DNA of 24,205 nt from a virus (lineage: Duplodnaviria > Caudoviricetes). Below are positions 1 to 8,746 of this stretch, in pieces. Under the pieces are notes generated by a model, which was not told the origin of the DNA, ran no database searches, and worked only from the letters and a program-made list of their open reading frames with translations. Where the stretch lies: positions 1 to 24,205 of IMG/VR virus record IMGVR_UViG_3300020045_004256. The stretch is one strand, 5' to 3'. The translations under genes and the position numbers were made by a program. How positions within the stretch are numbered: the first letter of the stretch is position 1; each line of letters starts with the position of its first letter.

Positions 1-126
1 TGGTTAAAGAAAAGGTGGGTGGGGCTCTTAGCCCCTGGGGATTAATCCAAGCACCACCGGCCCAAGAAAAGGCCGCAGAATGGCCACGCTGGCAAAGCGG
101 AAATTTACTCATCAAGTGAGGATCGC

Positions 127-1056
127 ATGGTTTTGAACGCAGAGCAGTTAGCAGAGATTGGCAGCATTGAAGTGATTGACCAGGAAACTCCTGGGAACGC
201 CGAAGAAGTTCAGACGGGCCAGGCACCCGCCGTTTCATCCACCTCGGAAGAGGGGGCTTCACCCGCACCTGTTGAAGAGGGCGCAACCGGCGCCGCTCCA
301 GATGCAAACCTTACTGCCACAGAGCAGGTAGAAGTTGACACCGCGCACGACCAGTTCGAGAAGACCGGCACTTGGCCAGAAGACACCCCGAAATGGGTAC
401 AGAAGGCAGTGAACCGAGCGACTCGGCAGAAGCATGAGGAGAAGCAACGGGCCGATATCGCCCTGGCTGAGAATGCGGGACTTAAAGCGGAGATTGCCGC
501 CCTCAAGGCCGCACCAGTACAGGTGGCCGATACCCCTGAACCTTCAATAGACGACTTCGAGACTGAGAAAGAATATTTTCTCGCCCTCTCTAACTGGAAT
601 TACGACAAGCGCGACCGAGAGCGGGCGGCTGTCTCGTCTGAATCCTCCAGAGTTTCCCAGAACGAAGAAACAGACGCCGACTTTGAAGGACGACGAGCTA
701 AAACCTTCGATGCTGGGGTTTCCAAATATCCTGATTACGCAGCGGCAATCGGATCAGTACCGGGCGGGATATTCACAAGGGAGCTTGTGGACGCCTTAAC
801 ACTGACCGACAACGCTGCGGACGTTTCCTACCACTTGGCCAAGAACCTACCGGAAGCCGAGCGCATTGCAAGCATGACCGGGCCAAAGAAGGCAATCGCA
901 TTGGGCGAATTGTCTGCGAAGTTGAGTCTCCCGGTCACTAAACGATTGTCCAATTCTCCTGACCCCATAACTCCGGTCGGCGGGAATATCGTCAACAACG
1001 GCACAGGCGCCGGTGATGATATGAGTTCTCTCGAAAGGATTCTGGGGCGGAAATAA
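127..1056 (+). CDS. Capsid scaffolding protein
   Basis: 309 aa with an acidic, low-complexity N-terminus and a coiled coil (VQKAVNRATRQKHEEKQRAD...LKAEIAALKA), plus a PEPSIDDF motif. Lies directly upstream of the coat gene. GAGG RBS at 118-121. Confidence 0.8.
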   Translation: MVLNAEQLAEIGSIEVIDQETPGNAEEVQTGQAPAVSSTSEEGASPAPVEEGATGAAPDANLTATEQVEVDTAHDQFEKTGTWPEDTPKWVQKAVNRATRQKHEEKQRADIALAENAGLKAEIAALKAAPVQVADTPEPSIDDFETEKEYFLALSNWNYDKRDRERAAVSSESSRVSQNEETDADFEGRRAKTFDAGVSKYPDYAAAIGSVPGGIFTRELVDALTLTDNAADVSYHLAKNLPEAERIASMTGPKKAIALGELSAKLSLPVTKRLSNSPDPITPVGGNIVNNGTGAGDDMSSLERILGRK

Positions 1057-1074
1057 CCCCAAAGAGGTTTTATC

Positions 1075-2292
1075 ATGGCTGGAAATACTTTTAAAACGGC
1101 AAAGAAGATCCTCCAGATCGCAGCCGTTGAGCTTTACAACAACTGCAAATTCGCCGATGTCGTCACGATGTACGGCGAGAAAGAATTCAAGGCTCCTGCA
1201 ATGGGTGCCATTGGGCCAACTGTTGATGTCCCGATGCCCATTCGCTACCTGGCCAAGACTGGCCCGAACTTCCAGGGCCAGTCGATCACCGAGCGCACCG
1301 TTCCGGTTACTCTCGACCAGGACATGCACGTTGGCCTTGATATGTCCGTTTTCGACGCCACCCTGAACACCGAAGCCAGTATCCTTGACGCCTCCAGCAA
1401 GTTCATCAAGCCTGCCATTATGACCCTGGCCGACGCTTTCGATGATTACGTCGCTGGTTTGGGTGCCAAGTTGGCCCAGACCGCAGGCGTAGCCGGGACT
1501 ACTCCTGGATCTGGCACCGCTGCCGCTACCCAGCAGGCCATCGCTGACGCGGCTATGATCATGGCTGAAAACGGTGTTCCTGATTCCACCGTCAAGAACA
1601 TGATCCTGAGCCCGAAGGCCGCCGGTTATATCCCCACCGCCCTTTCCGCCCTGTTCGTTAAGGAAGCGCAGGAGTCGGTGCGGACTGGTCGCCTTGGTCA
1701 TTTGATGGACTTCGATATGTATAAGTCCAACAACATCCGTAAGCATACCGCTGGAACCTTGGGCGCAGGTGCTCAGGTTAATGCAACCGGCACCGCTGGC
1801 GGCGCTCTGGTTCTCAAGGGCTTGACCTCTGGCGATAGTGTTGCCGTTGGCGATACCATCACCATAGCCGGCGTCTATGCCGTCAACCCGGTGAACAAGC
1901 GCACGGTGTCCAGTGACCGACTTATGCAGTTCGTCGTCACTACCGCCGCTGCCGAAGCTGGCAACGCTCTTACCACCACTATCTCCCCGGAAATCATCAC
2001 TTCCGGAGCCTACCAGAATTGCAGCGCCGCCCCGGTTGACACTGCTGCTGTTACTATTAAGGCAGATCATGTCTGCAATATGGTCATCACCAAAGACACC
2101 CTTGTTATGGCGACCATGCCGTTCAAGGCCCCTAAGTCTGCGACTGTCGCCGAGGTTGTCACCTACAAGGGCTTGTCCCTGATGTTGACCGCCCAGTACG
2201 ACATCGCAACCCGCTCTGAAACCGCCCGGCTTGATATTCTGTTCGGCGGTCGTGAGCTTTACCCGGAAACAGGCGTCAGATTACTTGGGTAG
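1075..2292 (+). CDS. Major capsid protein, P22 gp5 coat family (HK97 fold) with beta-rich insertion domain
   Basis: 405 aa. The N-terminal N-T-F...L-x-N-N, IGxTVxVxxPxRY and C-terminal YDI...RLDILFG...YPE motifs are typical of P22-type coat proteins. GAGG RBS upstream. Confidence 0.9.
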   Translation: MAGNTFKTAKKILQIAAVELYNNCKFADVVTMYGEKEFKAPAMGAIGPTVDVPMPIRYLAKTGPNFQGQSITERTVPVTLDQDMHVGLDMSVFDATLNTEASILDASSKFIKPAIMTLADAFDDYVAGLGAKLAQTAGVAGTTPGSGTAAATQQAIADAAMIMAENGVPDSTVKNMILSPKAAGYIPTALSALFVKEAQESVRTGRLGHLMDFDMYKSNNIRKHTAGTLGAGAQVNATGTAGGALVLKGLTSGDSVAVGDTITIAGVYAVNPVNKRTVSSDRLMQFVVTTAAAEAGNALTTTISPEIITSGAYQNCSAAPVDTAAVTIKADHVCNMVITKDTLVMATMPFKAPKSATVAEVVTYKGLSLMLTAQYDIATRSETARLDILFGGRELYPETGVRLLG

Positions 2293-2314
2293 CAGTTAAC
2301 CATCAACCCGTTAT

Positions 2315-2347
2315 CCCTGCCGGTATGGCCTTTGGCTACCGGCAGGG
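2315..2347 (+). terminator. Strong hairpin after the coat gene, lacking a U-tract (attenuator or mRNA-stabilising stem)
   Basis: CCCTGCCGGTA (2315-2325) pairs perfectly with TACCGGCAGGG (2337-2347). It is followed by CTCAACC rather than poly-U. Confidence 0.55.
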
Positions 2348-2384
2348 CTCAACCTAAAAAAGTAGCACCATAAGAGGCAATAAG

Positions 2385-3539
2385 ATGAAGAAGATTCTCG
2401 CGGCAACCCTGGCCATCCTGCTTTTCGCAGGTTCGGCCCATGCCATCACTGACCGATTGGGGGCCAAGTATTCCTTGGACTTCAACCAGACCAAAACCCT
2501 TTCCAAAACCACTGCCTATACGGTCACCACTACTGACGGTGGCGCACTGATCAACGGCGACACCACCTCTGCCGGGTTTACAGTTACTCTGCCCTTGTTG
2601 TCAACCGTCGCGGCCAGCGGCCAGAGCATGAGCGTCAAGATTGTTAAGACTGACGCAAGTGTAAATGTGCTGACCATCGCACCGGCAACCGGCAATACCA
2701 TCGGCGGTGAAAGCGCCCGGAAGATCATCAACCAGAACGGCTTTGTAATCCTGACCTCTCAGGGAAAAGACTGGTCGGTTGACTTTGAAAGCCCCTATGT
2801 AGTTGAAGACCATGAGGCCGGAACCGCCAACATCGGCACCCAGAGCTACGGAGCATCCATCGTTTTCGAAGGGGCTTCTGCTGATGCCTACGAAACTACC
2901 CTGGCCGTCACTGATCCTACCGCAGATGTAACCTACCAACTCCCTACTGGTGGCGCTGGCACTGTATATGTGATGTCTTCCAGCCTGGCCACAAACTTTG
3001 CTGACATCGCAAATTCAGTAACCGGCGCCTCTAATGGCATGTTGTTCGAGGGGGCCACTGCTGACGCCTATGAAACTACCCTAACTGTTACCGACGCGAC
3101 CGCTGACCGCACTGTTACCATGCCTGACGCTACTGGAACCGTAGCGCTGACCGCTGGCCTTGGATCTCGGGTGACCGTAACCGCAGGCTCAGGGACGACC
3201 ACCGTAACCACCGCGCATTGTGGTGGAGTTTTGACCGCCGCCGCTGACGCTGACGGTGTTTTCAATCTTCCCGCCACTTCTGCAGGTTGTCTACTGCGGT
3301 TTGTCAATATCGGCGCCGCCGCCAATAACCTGCTGACCATCAACCCTGATAATGCTGATCAGATTTTCGGCACCGTTACCCTGGCCTCATCAGTTGTGGC
3401 GATTGCCGGTAGTGCTGGTGATGCAGTGTCAAACACCAAAGGCACCAGTATCCGGGGGGACAGCATGACGCTCCTCGGCGACGGAGTGGACGGTTGGTAC
3501 ATCGTGTCATCCACCGGCATTTGGGCTGACATTAACTAG
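2385..3539 (+). CDS. Thr/Ala/Gly-rich beta-structured virion accessory protein (head fibre/decoration-like) with N-terminal signal peptide-like segment
   Basis: 384 aa starting MKKILAATLAILLFAGSAHA. Two related beta modules (TVTLP...LTIAP...TIGG...DW and VFNLP...LTINP...QIFG...GW) flank a duplicated FEGAxADAYETTLxVTD motif of the kind seen in phage fibre proteins. Confidence 0.65.
   Translation: MKKILAATLAILLFAGSAHAITDRLGAKYSLDFNQTKTLSKTTAYTVTTTDGGALINGDTTSAGFTVTLPLLSTVAASGQSMSVKIVKTDASVNVLTIAPATGNTIGGESARKIINQNGFVILTSQGKDWSVDFESPYVVEDHEAGTANIGTQSYGASIVFEGASADAYETTLAVTDPTADVTYQLPTGGAGTVYVMSSSLATNFADIANSVTGASNGMLFEGATADAYETTLTVTDATADRTVTMPDATGTVALTAGLGSRVTVTAGSGTTTVTTAHCGGVLTAAADADGVFNLPATSAGCLLRFVNIGAAANNLLTINPDNADQIFGTVTLASSVVAIAGSAGDAVSNTKGTSIRGDSMTLLGDGVDGWYIVSSTGIWADIN
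2865..3125 (+). repeat. Intragenic duplication, two 27-codon copies 180 nt apart
   Basis: FEGASADAYETTLAVTDPTADVTYQLP (2865-2945) versus FEGATADAYETTLTVTDATADRTVTMP (3045-3125). Confidence 0.9.
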
Positions 3540-3556
3540 GCTACACCTACCTGAAT

Positions 3557-3584
3557 AGGGGCCGGGTAAAACCGGCCCTTTTCT
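3557..3584 (+). terminator. Rho-independent terminator
   Basis: GGGCCGG (3559-3565) pairs with CCGGCCC (3572-3578) around a GTAAAA loop, followed by TTTTCT. Confidence 0.7.
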
Positions 3585-3596
3585 GAGGATGAGAAA

Positions 3597-4001
3597 ATGA
3601 GCAACAACGCACAGGCAGAAAAAGAAACCTTGGCCGCAGAGGCGAAAGCCCTTGGTGTTAAGGGGTATCACTTGATGGGCATTGACACCCTCAAGGACGC
3701 AATCGCCGCTGCAAAATCGGATTCCGAGAAAGCCGCCAAGGAAAAGGCTGAAGAGATAAAGAAGGCCGAGGAAAAGTTTGAGGCCGAGCGGGTGGCTGCG
3801 GAGAAGGCTGAAGCTGACCGCCTCGAATTAGAGAAGGCTGAAACTACTACCGCGACCCAAACCACCTGGCAATACCACAAGACCGAGCAACCCCGAGTAT
3901 TTCAGCCTGGCGATATTATCCCCGCTGGCTGGAGTAGCGATAACCGCAAGCTCTGGAATTTCTCTGACTATGGAGTATGGGAATTAAATGCCAACGCTTA
4001 A
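3597..4001 (+). CDS. Small phage protein: HeH/Rho-N-like N-terminus, A/E/K coiled coil, C-terminal WxYHKTE...GW module
   Basis: EKETLAAEAKALGVKGYHLMGIDTLKDAI resembles a helix-extension-helix motif. GAGG RBS upstream. Overlaps the next gene by 14 nt. Confidence 0.7.
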   Translation: MSNNAQAEKETLAAEAKALGVKGYHLMGIDTLKDAIAAAKSDSEKAAKEKAEEIKKAEEKFEAERVAAEKAEADRLELEKAETTTATQTTWQYHKTEQPRVFQPGDIIPAGWSSDNRKLWNFSDYGVWELNANA

Positions 4002-4689
4002 CAGTGTCTTAATGGGCGCATTGAAGCTGGCCGGGGTCGTTGGGGAAGGACAAACCCCAGCGGCCTACGTTATCGCCGACGCTCTGCACTCCCTGAATTT
4101 GATGACTGACCTCTGGTCAAGCCAAGGCGTTTTCTTCCCAACCCGGGAGACGCTGGCGGTCACCAGTGGAGTCTCAAGCTATACCATCGGAACCGGTGGA
4201 GTGTTTAATACCTCCCGGCCCGTATCGGTAAGAGATTCGCACATCCTTATTGGCACCCAGGAATATCCGGTGAAGGCCATTACGCACAGCCAGTATGAGG
4301 GCATCGGCAATAAGGCTCTTACCGGCCGGCCTTACCTTATGCACATGCTCCCGACAATGCCGACCGGGACAATCAAGCTGTTTCCCGTTCCTGATGCTAA
4401 CTACTCGCTGATTCTGGTGTCGCTGAAACCTATTCCTACATACACCACCGCAAGTTTGCCAGCGGCCACCGGCCTGCCGCCCGGGTTTGATATGGCCATT
4501 GAGTATGGCCTGGCTATGATCGTCGCCGCGCAGAAGGGCCGAACCTTGTCTCAGCCTGTTTATTCAATAGCCGATTCCGCTTACAACAATATTGTCAACC
4601 AGTGCGCGGCCTACCGGCTCAAGAACATGACCGGCCTTGATCCCACCGGAAAGAGCGGTAATGATTTCCCTGTCGGGTGGCTTGGATGA
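3988..4689 (+). CDS. Head-to-tail adaptor, P22 gp4-like
   Basis: N-terminal ALKLAGVVGEGQTP...DALHSLNLMTDLWS and a later LPPGFDMAIEYGLA helix. Lies upstream of the gp10-like gene. Confidence 0.8.
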   Translation: MPTLNSVLMGALKLAGVVGEGQTPAAYVIADALHSLNLMTDLWSSQGVFFPTRETLAVTSGVSSYTIGTGGVFNTSRPVSVRDSHILIGTQEYPVKAITHSQYEGIGNKALTGRPYLMHMLPTMPTGTIKLFPVPDANYSLILVSLKPIPTYTTASLPAATGLPPGFDMAIEYGLAMIVAAQKGRTLSQPVYSIADSAYNNIVNQCAAYRLKNMTGLDPTGKSGNDFPVGWLG

Positions 4690-6110
4690 TCCCGCTTTCG
4701 CTTGGCTTAACACAAGGCCGGTCGCCTGCAATCAGCGCCGGGCAAGATGTTAACGTATTCCCCGTTATTAATCGGGAAGACGCCAAGAGCCCTGTTACCC
4801 TTTCCGAGCGCCCTGGCTTAAAGCGCCTGGTCTGCCCTGTTGCTGGCGAAGTCCGCTGTATGCTCAAGCGCGGCAGGACTTTATATGCGCTGGTTGGCGG
4901 CGGGTTTTACGAAATCAACCTGGACACCCTAGCCTATTCGCTGATTTTTACCATGTCCACCACGACCGGAAAGGCATGGATTGAAAAGAATGCCAACAGT
5001 CAAATCCTGGTTGTCGCCTCCAACGAGGGGTGGGTGTTTAACTGGACGACCAACCTTTTTGGAGTGATTGCAGATGTAGACTTCCCCGGTGCCATTTCCC
5101 TGGCCTTTACCCAACAATACGCGGTCACCGTCGATCCTGACTCTGGCCGGCTTCGCAACTGCGAGTTAAACAACTTCGAGTTGTGGGATGGGACAGCCTT
5201 TGTCTCTGCCGAATCTGCGCCCGACAACCTGCTGTCAATCATTGCTGATCACAAGGAAATAGTCGCCTTCGGTGAAGCCACTGCCGAGATATACCGATCC
5301 ACCAGTGATGTTGACGCCGTGTTCCAGCCACTCGAAGGCGGGTTTATGGAGATTGGCATAAACGCCCCTGCTTCGGTTGCCAAGGTATCAAGCGTCGTCC
5401 TCTTCCTCGATAATTCCCTACAAGTCAGGATGATGGAAGCCTACTCGCCCAGGATCATCTCGAATGACGCCCTTATGTTCAAGATATGCCAGATGGCCAA
5501 GACCGACGACGCGGTTGGAATGGCCTATACCTGGCGGGGCCACAGTTTCTATCTTCTGACCTTCCCAACTGCCAATAAGACATTCGCCTACGACCTGACC
5601 TCTTCCGGGTTGGCCGGGCGCGATATTTGGCATGAGGTGAGAAGTTACCCGGTTGCAGGCGAAAACCGCTGGCGCGGGCAATGTGTCCTTCAGGATGGCG
5701 TGAATGTCTATGTTGGAGATTACGAGAACGGCTGGATTTACACCCTGGACGAAGCCACTCACACCGATAACCTTGAGCCCCTTCAGAGAATATGGACATG
5801 CTCCGAGATTGTTGACAGCCAGCAGCGCCGCACCATGTATCACAACGAGCTTGAATTAGAGGTTGAAATGGGAGTGGCCACGGATGCGGTTGAAGATCCT
5901 CAAGTGGCGCTGACCTATTCCGACGACAACGGCCGGACATGGAGTAGTGAGTTGTGGAATTCGCTCGGCCGGGTTGGCGAGTACAAGAACCGCGCCCGGT
6001 GGTTTGGGTTGGGCTCCAGTAAATGCAGGCTCTACCGCTTTATGGTTTCCGACGATGTGAAGCTAGAGGTCGTCGGGGTTTATCTTCGCGCTGAAATGGG
6101 AGACTGGTGA
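4686..6110 (+). CDS. Tail hub / packaged DNA stabilisation protein, P22 gp10-like
   Basis: About 474 aa beta-propeller-like protein with RPGL, AESAPDNL, GHSFYLLTFPTANKTFAYD and YSDDNGRTWS...LGRVGEYKNRARWFGLG motifs. ATG 4686 forms an ATGA overlap with the gp4 stop, so it is preferred over GTG 4677. Confidence 0.88.
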   Translation: MIPLSLGLTQGRSPAISAGQDVNVFPVINREDAKSPVTLSERPGLKRLVCPVAGEVRCMLKRGRTLYALVGGGFYEINLDTLAYSLIFTMSTTTGKAWIEKNANSQILVVASNEGWVFNWTTNLFGVIADVDFPGAISLAFTQQYAVTVDPDSGRLRNCELNNFELWDGTAFVSAESAPDNLLSIIADHKEIVAFGEATAEIYRSTSDVDAVFQPLEGGFMEIGINAPASVAKVSSVVLFLDNSLQVRMMEAYSPRIISNDALMFKICQMAKTDDAVGMAYTWRGHSFYLLTFPTANKTFAYDLTSSGLAGRDIWHEVRSYPVAGENRWRGQCVLQDGVNVYVGDYENGWIYTLDEATHTDNLEPLQRIWTCSEIVDSQQRRTMYHNELELEVEMGVATDAVEDPQVALTYSDDNGRTWSSELWNSLGRVGEYKNRARWFGLGSSKCRLYRFMVSDDVKLEVVGVYLRAEMGDW

Positions 6111-6111
6111 T

Positions 6112-6678
6112 ATGGGCTTTTTTGAAAGTGTGATGAATTATGCCGACCCTATCAGCGCATCTATTTTGACAGACCAGGGCCAGGCTATTGGGGTTGATAT
6201 GCCTGACTCTCATGCCGCTATTGATCTTTACGGGCGGCCAGAACCTTACAAATCTGATCGGACGGGAACGGAGTTTGACGTTAACGATCCGGCCAAGGCC
6301 GAGGCGGCTAAACGTCTTGATGCACAGATGGCGCTCTGGAGAAGCAAGCAGAAGCCCCAGGTAAAGAAGAAAGACGACCCTCGGCATAAAGACTTCTGGC
6401 CGGTGATGAATAAGTACGAGGCCGACTGGAAGCAGGGCCAAGTTCCCGCAAATACCAAGCAGACGCCGGCCGCTGCCGACAATGCTCTTTCGGTAGGCAC
6501 CCGCAACCCTGACTTTCCACAGAACGGCGGGATTAATCCGAATGGAATGTATTCAGGCGGCAATTCCTTGTCCACTCCGGCTCCCCAGCAGCAGGCCGGC
6601 GCCTATGATTCTCCTGAAGTTCAAAGCCAAGTCCTCAACCGGTATTACGGCGGGGCTGATTACGGGATGTTTAAATAA
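6112..6678 (+). CDS. Hypothetical protein, Q/N/P/G-rich, possibly an internal virion protein
   Basis: 188 aa. Starts 1 nt after the gp10 stop, and its stop overlaps the next start (TAATG). No recognisable domain. Confidence 0.7.
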   Translation: MGFFESVMNYADPISASILTDQGQAIGVDMPDSHAAIDLYGRPEPYKSDRTGTEFDVNDPAKAEAAKRLDAQMALWRSKQKPQVKKKDDPRHKDFWPVMNKYEADWKQGQVPANTKQTPAAADNALSVGTRNPDFPQNGGINPNGMYSGGNSLSTPAPQQQAGAYDSPEVQSQVLNRYYGGADYGMFK

Positions 6679-7667
6679 TGGAAACCGTCTCTCTTTGTCC
6701 AGAGTGTTACGCAAGCATCCCGGCTGTGATCTACGAGCGCGACGGGGCGGCCTGGATGACGAAGGTTTGTCTTGAGCACGGCACATTTGATGCGATGGTG
6801 GAGCGTGATTATGGGTGGTGGCTTTACAGCCAGACACATGCGGGGAAGGGCATTTATGACGGGTACATCGTTGATGCGACCACCCGATGCAATCTTAATT
6901 GCCACCACTGTTTCCATTCAAAAGGGGGCGCCGATCGGTCTATTCCTGATATTGCCTTAGAGCTTCGGTCAAGGTCGCTCCCCGGCGACGCACCGGTTAT
7001 CCTTTTCGGTGGAGAGCCGACAATACATTCAGAATTTTTTCAACTTGCCAGAGAAATACGGGATGAGTTCGGTTTGTTGTCAATGGTCACCAATGGAACA
7101 ATGACCGCCGACCCTTCCTTTTTCGAGAAAGCGCTTCCGTTCTTTATGCTGAGAGGAAGAGATACCACCATCAATGTTTCAACCCATAAGGAAAGCAACG
7201 GGGCGGATATAGCCACACTTGAAAACGCCCGCGATGCAGGGGTGACAATCTACTCGGTTTTATACTTGGTGGACGATATCGGCCAAGTTGAACACGCCGT
7301 AAAATTGGCAGATCGCTACTCCGATGTTGTCCAGAATGTCAGAATACGGGCAGCCGGTAATATTTGGGCCGAGAGCGAAGACCCGGACAGGCTGTTCGTG
7401 TCAGATATCATTAAAGAGTTGGCCCGCTTAGGAAGGGTTGAATTAATTGCTGGTGCCAAACATGTAACCGGGTTTGCCAACATAAAGTTCAATGGGAATC
7501 TCCACCTGATCCCCGCCGCCTTTCCCGATGTTTTCCGTGTTGACCTTCAAGAAATTGATTGCGCCCCTTGGTATCGGGCAAAAGATGGAAGTGTTAACAA
7601 TATCTTAACGTCTCTTCTGATCAACGAGGGAATCGACAAGGGCTTCTACCAGGGGCGCCCGGTATGA
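6678..7667 (+). CDS. Radical SAM protein with N-terminal rubredoxin-like metal site (Tes/GDGT-MAS/MJ0619-like, compact)
   Basis: N-terminal SLCPEC...KVCLEHGTF (C7, C10, C31, H34), CNLNCHHC cluster motif, GGEPT and VTNG motifs. Confidence 0.88.
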   Translation: METVSLCPECYASIPAVIYERDGAAWMTKVCLEHGTFDAMVERDYGWWLYSQTHAGKGIYDGYIVDATTRCNLNCHHCFHSKGGADRSIPDIALELRSRSLPGDAPVILFGGEPTIHSEFFQLAREIRDEFGLLSMVTNGTMTADPSFFEKALPFFMLRGRDTTINVSTHKESNGADIATLENARDAGVTIYSVLYLVDDIGQVEHAVKLADRYSDVVQNVRIRAAGNIWAESEDPDRLFVSDIIKELARLGRVELIAGAKHVTGFANIKFNGNLHLIPAAFPDVFRVDLQEIDCAPWYRAKDGSVNNILTSLLINEGIDKGFYQGRPV

Positions 7668-8746
7668 ATATCCTCATGGTTCTCCATAAATATGGCGTCC
7701 GCCTCGACGACCCTTGCTGTTTTCCCCTTGGCTACATGACAATCTCTTCTGTGCTCAAGCAAAATGGCCACAATGTAACCATAAATAACCAGAACTTGCA
7801 CGACGCGGTGCCACTTGAAGGATATGACGCCGTGCTCTTCACCGGGTTTGAAGACTTCCTGCCGCTGATTAAGCGCGACGCTGCCATCTGTCGGGCAAAT
7901 GGGGTCAAGACCGTACTTGGCGGCGCCCTGGCCACGTTTAAGCCTGAAGCTATGGCGCAGGTCGTAGATACGGTGGTGGTTGGAGAAGGAGAGGATGTTG
8001 TCTGTAGAGCACTGAATGAGCACGGCATCATCCAAGGCACCAAGCCAGATATCAACGCCCTTCCCTGGCCTGACTATGAGGGGTTCGGGGTTGACGAATA
8101 CCATCAGCGCAACGGCCGCAAACATATCGGAGTCTTGACCTCCCGTGGCTGCCCGTTCTCCTGCCGCTTTTGCGCCCAGACCTGCAAAACCCAACAGCGC
8201 GACGTTGATCAGGTGATGGCCGAGGTGGAGAGCTACGGGGAGGTAGACATCATCTTTAACGACAACACCTTTAACCTGAGCAAATCCCGCTTTATTGACA
8301 TTGCCGGCCGGATGCGGCGGCCCTGGTCGGCGGCGATTCGGGTTGACAAGTTCGATGACGACATGGCCCAGGCCGCCAAGGATGGAGGCTGCCAATACTT
8401 TGTGGTTGGTATTGAGTCTTTTCGGCAAGACAAGCTAGACCGGATGAACAAGCGGATTAAGGTTGAGCAGATAACCACCTGCCTAGACCTCCTGCATAAA
8501 TATGGAATCAGATACCACGGCAACATCCTTACCGGACTCCCTGGCGAATCTACCGAGGATATTCTTGACGAGTTAAGGGAGATTCCAGGCGGCTACAATG
8601 TATTTCCTGTGCTGGTTCAGCCTTTCGTCGGCACCGAATACAAGACACGCAGTATTTCCCCGGAAGATGCCGCGTCGTTTAAGGCACTCTACGCAGATAT
8701 CGCCGCCAGCCGTGGCATGAGCATGTACCCAACGCAAAATGATTAG
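7664..8746 (+). CDS. Cobalamin(B12)-binding radical SAM protein
   Basis: PLGYMTISSVLKQNGHNV, VLGGALAT and VVVGEGED (B12-binding Rossmann part), followed by TSRGCPFSCRFC, FNDNTF, GIES and GLPGES (radical SAM barrel). ATGA overlap with the previous gene. Confidence 0.9.
   Translation: MNILMVLHKYGVRLDDPCCFPLGYMTISSVLKQNGHNVTINNQNLHDAVPLEGYDAVLFTGFEDFLPLIKRDAAICRANGVKTVLGGALATFKPEAMAQVVDTVVVGEGEDVVCRALNEHGIIQGTKPDINALPWPDYEGFGVDEYHQRNGRKHIGVLTSRGCPFSCRFCAQTCKTQQRDVDQVMAEVESYGEVDIIFNDNTFNLSKSRFIDIAGRMRRPWSAAIRVDKFDDDMAQAAKDGGCQYFVVGIESFRQDKLDRMNKRIKVEQITTCLDLLHKYGIRYHGNILTGLPGESTEDILDELREIPGGYNVFPVLVQPFVGTEYKTRSISPEDAASFKALYADIAASRGMSMYPTQND

Noticed and set aside
847-2070. 407-aa minus-strand ORF
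   Set aside because: Antisense shadow of the coat and scaffold genes, with no recognisable motifs. Expected from codon bias.
4677-4685. GTG start given for the gp10-like gene
   Set aside because: ATG 4686 overlapping the upstream stop (ATGA) fits the coupling pattern of the operon better.
6112-6678. XYG motifs (LYG, YYG, DYG) as splicease-type rSAM targets
   Set aside because: Spliceases are SPASM-domain enzymes, neither rSAM here has a SPASM cysteine pattern, and YG is too common to be evidence.
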